This document shows positions 1-64,000 of a stretch of DNA of 64,000 bases, in pieces; position 1 is the first letter of the stretch; each line of letters opens with the position of its first letter. The notes under the pieces are model-generated. The model was not told where the DNA came from and ran no database searches. It saw nothing but the letters and a program-made list of their open reading frames with translations. Origin of the DNA: Squalus acanthias (lineage: Eukaryota); contig CM059447.1 in NCBI GenBank assembly GCA_030390025.1, forward strand, positions 19,158,001 to 19,222,000, written 5' to 3'. The translations under genes and the position numbers were made by a program.

Positions 1-521
1 GGAGAAGGGACTTTACACAGTTACAATATGGGACAATAGTCAATACATTCTGAAACATGATGCACGGTATTAATCTAAGATGGTCAGGCATCACAGATTA
101 TGGCAATTGTTTGTGTATTTTAGTTCCAAAGATAACACTCAATGGAGATTTCTTTCTACCCAATAGAAAACTGAAGCCATACTTAGAATTCTTGTAACAC
201 TGCAATCATTTTATGCGGAGTGGTTAACATTGGTCAAAACAAATAAAAGATATTTTCAAAAATGCAGGGAAGGTAAGAATTTACTTTTGCTAAATTGGAT
301 CTTTAAAAAACTACAAAAAGATTTAACAGAGTTTTTAGCCAATTGGCAGCGCTATAAAATGTTAAACAAAAAACAGAAAAAGTGGATGCCATCAATTCAA
401 GCACACACACACATCCATGTTTGACAGACAGACTTGCATTTATATGGCATCTTAGAGTACCACATACAATGAACTATTTGGAAGTAACTGTGACTTATTC
501 TGCAGGCAAACACAGCAGCTA

Positions 522-54809
<54,288 letters not shown>

Positions 54810-54859
54810 TTTGGCTCTGCAACACAAACCAACAAAACCCATTAAAGAAAGAACGATCA

Positions 54860-55040
54860 AATGAACTTTCATTTATATAGCGCCTTTCTTCACCTCAGGA
54901 TGTTCCAAAGTGCCTTACAGCCAGTGAAATACTTTTGAAGTGTAGTTGCTGTGGTAATATAGGAAAGACAGGAGCCAATTTGAGCACAGCAAGGTCCCAA
55001 AAACAGCAATCAAATAAATGACCAGATAATCTATTTTAGG
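54860..55040 (-). mobile_element. SINE (family A) 3' fragment just upstream of the exon 2 acceptor
   Basis: CATTTATATAGCGCCTTT...TGACCAGATAATCT match the family A tail. Confidence 0.6.
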
Positions 55041-56379
55041 AGCTGCCATTGCTACTTTCAAAGCGAAGGTGCCTGGCTCAAACTCGCGGGATCACCAGTG
55101 CTGGCGCTGCCCAGCTACAGACGTTAGCCAAAGGGCAAGCCCGACTCGGAGATTGGCCACGGTGGCAGGTGGGGTCTCGAACTTTGCAGGTTGCTGCTGC
55201 TCCCCGCTCCAGGATCATGGTATGTGCGGCAGACCAGGGGAAAGAACAGCCCAGGGGAAATTAATTCCGTTTGCTGACCTGCTCTGAATGGAGAAAAGTA
55301 GCACATCGGAGATTTTTTCCAAAACAAAATCCAATCAACAGAAATGAGCCAAGAAAATAACTTCTATCTCTAACACCACAAATAATGCACACTCAATCCA
55401 ATTCATGAGGAATTTCAGATGGTTTGTAGACACGGCCAAATGCATCTATAGGATTATTGAGTCGCAGCACTGCGGTCATTAAAGCCAGAAGTACAGTTCA
55501 GCTTTAGTTGTATAAAACCATGAAATTAATTAGACATTAATAATGTCCTCAAAAGGAAACAGTTTAATCGCTGGGCTATTTAAGTGTAAAACTGAAGCCA
55601 GGCCATTGAGGCACCTGATTACAAACACTGCACAATAGGAGAGATGCACAGCCACTGTTGGAGTGAGAAGATGTGTACTGTCACTTTCTCACCTCTCAGG
55701 CTGCAGCTGCTCTGCACCATCAGGGTGTGATTCCTTCGATCTAATACAGGAAGTACTGTAACAAAGGATCACCTTATCGCAGCACACATGCAAATACTGC
55801 ACTCAGCTCTTTATAAATAGGCACCAATACAGTTTATGTATCTTCGAAACTCAATACCATTGGTCTGAGCTGTCTCAAAATTTTACACCGAACTAAAAAA
55901 TTACCATCTGGGGCAATAGAGTGTTCTTAACCACACTGCTTCTCATATCCTAGTCAGACTTTATAATGGATCACATACTTTTCCTACATCTCCACTTGTT
56001 TTTCTTGTATATTCCCCTGTAGGTACATAGATGCCAATGCAGCAATTAAAGTATTAAAAAACAATGGAAAACTTTCCATCCCTTTCTTTGCATGTTTTTC
56101 CATGCATGGAAACATTTTTTTTTTATCATTTACCGTAAAAGTTTAATATTTGCAAACTATTGTTTACTGTCAAGTTGCTTTTTTTTTAAACCACGTTCTT
56201 TGCTTCTCCTTGCTGCTTACTTTTCGAACTGCTCTTTTTTATTTCTCTCTCCTGTTTCTCTCTTGTTGAGCTCGCAAGGCCAGAGTCGGGATTGAAAGGC
56301 GCAGGAGGGGCTGCTCTTCAAATAGTGCCATAGGATTCATTCACCTGCTCAGGCTGAAAGACGATATACCTGTAGATTT

Positions 56380-56930
56380 TCTGTTTGCCCAACACTAGTA
56401 TCCTGTTCAACCCTAAACTGAGCTTCAAAACCCATATTCTGTTGATCGCAAAAGAGTACTTATTTCCTCTGCAACTTCATCTACCTCCACTCCTACCTGA
56501 CTGTCTCAATAACAAAACCCTTATCCACACTTTTGCCACCTCTAGGTACAAATTCCCCAACACTCATCACCCCCCACCTTTGTTGGCCTCCTATCCTCGA
56601 CGGTCTGCGAATTCCAACACTTTGAAACTCTGCTATGTGCATTCTGTGCCTCACTAAGTCCTGCTTGCCCATCTCTCCTGTCTTGGATCCCAACACTGGC
56701 TTCCTATCTTCCAATGCATTGAAATTAAAATCCTTCCATGGCCCCACCCCATCTTAACCCTGCAACATTCTCCTGCCTTACATTCCCTCCTTTGACTCTG
56801 CTTTATGTACATTCCTCCTTCCTTCACCCCACCATCGGCACCAGCTGGTTCGGCCTCTCTCATTGGAACTCCCTCCCTAAACCCCTCTGCCTTATTTGCT
56901 GTTTGTGGGTCCTTGCTGAACACAATTTGA
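56380..56930 (+). mobile_element. Diverged L2 fragment
   Basis: ILFNPKLSFKTHI...KTLIHTFATSR resembles the L2 ORF2 C-terminus. Confidence 0.6.
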
Positions 56931-56994
56931 CTGCCACATCTGTCCATAGAACAACAGTGACTACACTTCAAAAGTAAATCATTGGGTGTTAGAG

Positions 56995-58175
56995 AAAAGA
57001 AAGACTTGCATTTATATAGCACCTTCCATGACCACCAGACATCTCAAAGTGCTTTACAGCCAATGAAGTACTTTTTGAGGTGTAGTCACTGTTGTAATGT
57101 GGGAAACGCGGCAGCCAATCTGCGCACAGCAAGCTCCCACAAACAGCAATGTGATAATGACCAGATAATCTGTTTTTGTGATGTTGATTGAGGATAAATA
57201 TTGTCCAGGACACCGGGGATAACTCCCCTGCAGATGCAGTATAACGTGGATAAATGTGAAGTTAGCTTCGGTAGGAAAAACAGAAAGGTAGAGTATTATT
57301 TAAATGGTGATAGATTGGGAAATGCTGATGTACAAAGGGGTTGGATGTCCTTGTACACCAGTCACTGAAAGCAAACATGCAGGTGCAGCAAGCAGTTAGG
57401 AAGGCAAATGGTATGTTGGCCTTCATTGCAAGAGGATTTGAGTACAGGAGCAAGGATGTCTTACTACAGTTGTATAGGGCCTTGGTGAGACCACACCTGG
57501 AGTACTGTGTGCAGTTTTGGTCTCCTTACCGAAGAAAGGATATACTTGCCATAGAGGGAGTGCAGTGAAGGTTCACCAGACTGATTCCTGGGATGGCAGG
57601 ACTGTCGTATGAGGAGAGATTGGGTCGACTAGGCCTGTATTCACTAGAGTTTAGATGAATGAGAAGGGATCTCATTGAAACGTATAAAATTCTGACAGGG
57701 CTAGACAGACTGGATGCAGGGAGGATGTTTCCCCTGGCTGGGGGGGTCTAGAATGAGGGGTCACAGTCTCAGGATACGGGGTAGGACATTTAGGACTGAG
57801 ATGAGGAGAAATTTCTTCACTCAGAAGGTGGTGAACCTGTGGAATTCTCTACCACAGAAGGCTGTGGAGGCCAAGTCACTGAATATATTAAGAAGGAGAT
57901 AGATAGATTTCTAGACACAAAAGGCATCAAGGGGTATGGGGAGAAAGCTGGAATATGGTATTGAGATAGAGGATCAGCCATGATCATATTGAATGGCGGA
58001 GCAGGCTCGAAGGGCCGAATGGCCTACTCCTGCTCCTATTTTTCTATGTTTCTTCGAAATGGTGCCAGGGGATCTTTTACGTCCACCCGAAAGAGCAGAT
58101 GGAGCCTCGGTTTAACGTCGCATCCGAAAGACGGCACCTCCGACAGTGCAGCACTCCCTCAGCACTGCACTGGAG
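56995..58175 (-). mobile_element. SINE (family A) split by a CR1 insertion at 57232-58050
   Basis: SINE body AACTCCCCTGC|...|TCTTCGAAATGGTGCC resumes after the CR1. Confidence 0.8.
57232..58050 (+). mobile_element. CR1 LINE 3' end, same subfamily as 26840-27389
   Basis: LYRALVRPHLEYCVQFWSPY...; near-identical 3' region. Confidence 0.9.
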
Positions 58176-60096
58176 AAACTATACGGAAGTTCTTCATTTC
58201 TTTCAAATTTCTCAATAGTTTGAATTGGACACTTAAAAAGTCATAGGTTTCTGTATACATCAGACACATGGCTGAACAAATATAAAAACTGTTTCCATCT
58301 TTGCTTTATTTTTTAACTCTACCTCCTTTTTAATATTTATGCTCTATATCCCTCATGCATAGTTGATCTTCTGTCCCCTCTCTTTGTCTGATCCTGTCTC
58401 ACTTAATCTGCATGCCTGTCTAATTGTGTCCCTCTCCCGCTTGTTGTACCTCCCGCCTTGTTCTGTGAACATCTCTCTGCTGCCTCCTGCTCTCACAGTG
58501 GGAGTCAGGAAATGCCACTATGAGGCAGGGATAGTACAGTCTCCTCAATAATGCAAAACTGGTTTAGTCTCAATAGAAAAATAGACTGGGTTCACATTGG
58601 AGGAAAGGCTGAAACCTCCCAGTTTTGTGATTGATTCAGAAGTCAGCAGATTTTTACATAGGCAGGCCAACTAGAAGGGCAGGAATGGCACAGAACAGGG
58701 ACAGAGAGGCAGGTTGGCTGGGAAAGGGGCAGGCAAACAGAAGAGGAGAGGCACAAGCAGGTGGGTCAGGTTGGAAAGAAGACAATTGCAGTGGCAGAAT
58801 CCTGTGGATTCTATTTTCCTTCTTGTATCCTGTATTTGATGGTCCAAACTTCATCAATTACAGAACCTGTGTCCACGGGACAGAAGCACTGAAATCACAG
58901 CATACACCTTAAAGACTTATCATTACATTGTTATCACAGACGCAGCATTCATGTCCAACTGTTTCTGAATCACACACGTTCAGGTCAAGTTTTTATGGTT
59001 ATTTCTGGAAGTGGAAGTGTTATCTGTGTTAGCCACAAGAAGAAAAATGATCAGTGTCACATTAAAACATCAGCACATGTCGTCTGCACAGTATTCTCAG
59101 TACACGGATACGTTCAAACTGCCACATGTCTTCAGGCGGGCTGAATTATTTTTCAGGATTGAGAGATTTCTAAGTGATATTATTGAACACATGCTTGAAC
59201 AGATTTCCAAGAGATTTCACAGTGTGTGGGTAAATTAGTTAGTGTATTTGCCAGTTGCAGAATGTATTGATGAAACTACCAACACAAAGTATAGATCGAA
59301 TTATTCAAGCCTCTCACATACGAGTTGTTACATTTTTGCAATTTAGCTGCAGTGATTTTCAACTTATATTTTTAATGTCATGTCAATCAGTATCATATCC
59401 ATATATGACACCACTAAATATGATTTGCAGAAACTAATATTGTTAGAAATAATGTTAAAATCCCATTTTTATTCCACTCAACTTAGCATAAATAGAAGGC
59501 AAGTACAAGATCATCAAATGTATTAAAAGGGAAGTTAATTTATGAATGTACTAGTATGTCAATCGCCCCCACCCTGGGCTGGAGCAAGCAGGCACAGAGA
59601 AATCCTGATCCCCCTTCAGCAAGACTAACACCCTTGAACTCAGAAAGCTGCATTCAATCATCCCTCTTCCGGGTTCTGCTCCTCCAACCCCCTTTCTTGT
59701 CTCAATAGAACCTTGAGCAATTCTTTATTCTCTTCTAAAAAGTGCTGACTTGCGCTGCGTTGTTGCTCGAGGGGTGACAGCCACCCTCCAAGTACAGACT
59801 GTACTCCCATCGGTGCCTCACTGTTCTTCATGTGTGACGATAGGCATGAGTGCCAGCAGGCTATTTTACCACGGGGATTATCACAACAAAGCCAGATATT
59901 GTCCTCGCCTATCTACACATACGCACTTTTCCACAGGAGGCAGGATCCTTGCTCTTTTTGTTGCCCTCTCTTTCCCAGGGAACTGAGGTCAAAATTAGCA
60001 CTGTGGGTGAAATCACCTAACTCAGCACACACCAGGGTTTGGACCTAGGACCTTCCTAATCTGTATGGTTCAGTGAATTTATTAACTCAGTCTTCA

Positions 60097-60700
60097 GGAG
60101 TCTATAAGAGCAGGGAGGTTATGATGGAGCTGTACAAAACGCTAGTTAGGCCACAGCTGGAATACTGTGTGCAGTTCTGGTCGCCACACTATAGGAAGGA
60201 TATGATTGCATTGGAGAGGGTGCAGAGGAGATTCACCAGGATGTTACCTGGGCTGCAGCGCTTCAGCCATGAAGAGAGACTGGACAGGCTGGGGTTGTTT
60301 TCCTTAGAGCAGAGAAGGCTAAGGGGGTACCTGATTGAGGTGTACAAAATTATGAGGGGCATAGATAGGGTAGATAGAAAGGAACTTTTCCCCTTAGTAG
60401 AGGGGTCAATAACCAGGGGGCATAGTTTCAAGGTAAGGGGCAGGAGGTTTAGAGGGGATTTGAGGATAAACTTTTTCACCCAGAGGGTGGTTGGAATCTG
60501 GAACTCACTGCCTGAAAGGGTGGTAGAGGCAGGAACCCTCACAACATTCAAGAAGCATTTAGATGAGTACTTGAAACACCATAGCATACAAGGCTAGGGA
60601 CCAAGTGCTGGAAAATGGAATAGACAGGGCTTGATGGCCGGCGCGGACACGATGGGCCGAAGGGCCTCTTTCTGTGCTGTATAACTCTATGACTCTAGGG
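60097..60700 (+). mobile_element. 5'-truncated CR1 LINE 3' end
   Basis: Open ORF2 end YKSREVMMELYKTLVRPQLEYCVQFWSPHY...IWNSLPERVVEAG; GGGCCGAAGGGCC hairpin and CTCTATGA tail. Confidence 0.9.
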
Positions 60701-63559
60701 CAGCTACTAGCTAACAATTCTTAACTGAAGTGGCTTTTCCTGCAGTTCCATTCAGCTCAAAGCTTCCTTAGCTGATAATCATGTCTTCTAGGGGTTTCTC
60801 CTGGTTCAGTGCAATGAACATCTAAACATCCCCCCCAATTCCCTTTTAAAAACTTGGATCATTTTCCCTAAACTGTTACAGTTCATAAATTAGATCTAAA
60901 TTGGTAACAATTCCCAATATAGTAAGTGAAATACAGAGCGTGGGCAAGGGTGGTCTGTACTTCTGTCTTGTTTTAAATACCTTGTATCACTTTGTTTTAC
61001 ATTGTAACATCAGTATCTCTGTGGGAACTAACAGTACTCCGACCTCCTTACCACACACCAGGGACACCAGACAATACAGCACTGAATCAAGCTTAAGAGA
61101 GAACATTTAGGTATTTCTTACATCTTCACCATCCAGTTTACATACTGTATTACCTTCTAATTCAGTAATATTGTTTGGTGACTCAACTTGGTAAAATGAT
61201 TTAAAGAAAAATAAAGTAAATCCTCCATTTCCTTTGTCTCTCCCCCATTATCACACTCTTTTTTGATCCTCTTAATTTTCTTCTCGAAAACTATTTATTG
61301 AGGTGGTTCTGTTCTACAGAATACACAAGATGTGTCTGGGAAGTAAACTGCTTCCCAGTTAGATTTGGGAATATCACCAATAAAGAGCAGAAGAGAAGAA
61401 TTTAAAAGTAAAGTAAAGCCAAACATGAACGTTAATTATTCCATTCGCACTTTTATCAATTTTGGCAGATGGGTTTTAATTTACTGTTCTTGATCATTTT
61501 TTTCTGCTGAGACAATTGGCAGAATTTAATCTTTTGCCTTGTTGCAAAAGGGCCTGGTTGTTTATTTGGTTGAATGCCAAGAACGTCCCAAATCTGCAGC
61601 CACACAGAATATTCCCAACATGTCCAACTCAGGCCTACCTCATCGACTTTCTTCTGGTGCAAACCATACAGTCAGGATAGCACCTAAAAAAGTGGCCCCC
61701 CACGTCTGCTCACATGTTTCGCAAAGCTTTTAAGTTAACACTCGGTAGATAAATCCAAAACTAATACAGTTAGCAAGGAGCAGCTGACAGTAGCTGGTAT
61801 ACTGAGCCATGTTCTAACAAAGGTTCACTGCTCTGTTACTGGTTATCAGCTACTGGTCATCCTTTGTAGGAATTCTGCAACTTTAAGCCCTAGATCAGAA
61901 CAATAACATTAATGACATGTTTCTTTCAAACTGTTATAAAAACAGATTAGTAAAATGTTCTCCTCTGATACAGCACAGAAGGGGGCCATTCGGCCCATCG
62001 TACCTGTCCCGGCTCTTTGAAAGAGCTACCCAATTAGTCCCATTCCCCATAGCCCAGCAAAATTTACCCCTTCAAGTATTTATCCAGTTCCCTTTTGAAA
62101 GTTATTGTTGAATCTGCTTCCACCACCCTTTCAGGCGGTGCATTCTAGATCATAACAACTGCCTGCATTAAAAAGATTTCTCCTCATCTTGCCTCTGGCT
62201 CTTTTGTCAGAGACATCAGGCATATACCTGATGTATTAGATGATGAAGATTCACTTGTCTTTAGTTTAAAGATCTACACTATAAGATTATCAACATATAC
62301 TGTCGATGGTGCTCACTGATTTAGTGTCCTACTGAAGTATCCATTTGCATTCCAAAGACAGCAAACAATGCAAGAAAACTGACCCCCACCCCCCACCACC
62401 ACTATACCTGACCAATAACATGTGGCTAAAGAAAATGCTCTCAAAATCTGCATGGAAGTAATAGCATCAAGAAAACAATGCTTAATAAAGAAAAAATCTG
62501 AAGCCCTGCTTCTGTTTTCAAACACTTTCACGTGGACAGTACTACTATTGCTAACTGCATCAGCAACAAATTGTTCAATGTCCCTAACCAAAGCTACCCT
62601 GCTGCATTCTAAAGTCACAGCATTGTACAGAATTGATCTGAATTGCGCTTTGATTCGAGGCTAACTGAAACCATTCAGTAGAACTTTCCCAGCTCCTAGT
62701 AACAGTCTGTTGTCTATATAGAGAGATCGCCAATGTTCTCACACACGCTGCCTTAGCTAACTGAGCTTTTCCATTGTACAGTAACAGCAGGCCTCAACCC
62801 TCACGGTTTTAGGGGCTCAAAGCTATTTTACTGTGTGTACAACACAATGAACATTCAGCCTCCCATTTTTACGAGCTCTGCTCTAGATCCCTGCAGAAAG
62901 TGTCATTTACAATTTATACCTAGATATGGGATTCCACTGCCAAAAAATGCTTTATTTAAAAAAAAATTTGTTCTGCATATTAGGAGAAACCTCTGTTTAG
63001 TGATATCAGTATAAATACACTGATTATAAAGCTAATTTACATTCTTCACCTTAAAAGACTGTGAAAGGTAGACTGAAGGTAAACCAGAGGGAATGTTATC
63101 AGAAGTTTGCTGAGGTTACATATTAATTTCCATTCACTGCATCGCAGTGAAAGGAAGGAGTGGCTCAGTACCTGCAACATTTAATTGCATCTTTCCTGTT
63201 GCTATACCAATATTGAATTTATTTTTGCTTCTATTGAAATCTATGGTGTCCCACAGATGCCACCAAATTTATTTTTCCAACCCATGTACACACTGGAAAA
63301 GTATATCTATTAAACAATTCTTCTTAATACCACTGATTGTGAAAATATAGTACCTTTCATCATGTAGTGCACATATTTATTCCATTGGCCGCCCTAGTTT
63401 GCCCTTTAGATTCTGGCTCAGTGATTGGATGGACTCAGACTACCCTTTGTGCCTCTCTCAGCATTCTCGGGCAGGCTCATTGTAGCAACTGTTGTTGCTA
63501 CCTTAAGAGTAGTCCACCTTAAGAGCAGTAACCCCAACTGCCCTGCCTACTCTCCCAAA

Positions 63560-64000
63560 GACATACCTATCCAACACAACTGTTGGGGACTAATTTCATC
63601 AACCTCCTTCCCACTTCACTCACGGCACCCATCCTGGACACTGCCAGTGGATCAAAATCACTGCCCCTCTGCTCATTTCCCCCCAGGATGTCTGTTAATC
63701 TGTGAACAAGGCATTTTTCAACCACATCCTCATTGTGGATGTCATCCTGGTTTTGACTGAAACTGGCCTATAGGAGAGGCAACACTTTACTTACACATCC
63801 CCTAAGTTTCCTTCAACCCCACTTCCTTCTGCATCCACTTCTGGAAAAACATCACCTCAAGTCACTTACAACTGCACTCTCAAACACGATACTGCCTAGC
63901 CTTTGACCCTCCGTTCACCAGCTCCATTCTGCAGCTGCTGATTTGCTGAACCAGTCCCTCACTTCTATCTCTAATGCCCTTGTCCCCAGTGAAACCTTTA
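63560..64000 (+). mobile_element. Probable diverged L2 ORF2 fragment running off the right edge
   Basis: Pyrimidine-rich L2-like composition ending TAATGCCCTTGTCCCCAGTGAAACC; recognised by pattern only. Confidence 0.4.

Noticed and set aside
59011-59440. Possible hAT transposase relic (IIEHMLEQISKRF)
   Set aside because: Similarity too weak to support without a search.
54817-64000. FASN exon 1 or promoter (SRE, E-box, CpG island)
   Set aside because: No CpG island or convincing motif cluster is visible. Exon 1 is either unrecognisable or outside the window.

Overview
Vertebrate genomic DNA. The repeats (CR1 LINEs, Deu-type tRNA SINEs, Harbinger MITEs, a Penelope element) point to a cartilaginous fish such as a shark; this is inference. 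The window holds most of the fatty acid synthase gene (FASN) on the minus strand. I traced 32 coding exons by hand, from the ATG at 54809 down to 581 (about 1,927 codons: KS, MAT, DH, pseudo-MT/pseudo-KR, ER, start of KR). The gene runs off the left edge, and non-coding exon 1 and the promoter were not located. All catalytic motifs are intact, but three exons carry single-base frameshifts (~48354, ~43073, ~4935), most likely consensus errors at heterozygous silent sites. One intron uses a GC donor. The introns are full of nested transposons. The most unusual object is a 440-bp near-perfect palindrome (11830-12269) with a 12-bp target-site duplication and two inverted Penelope-type minimal hammerhead ribozyme motifs. 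Most entries in the ORF track are spurious or LINE fragments. I found no convincing novel multi-gene system.
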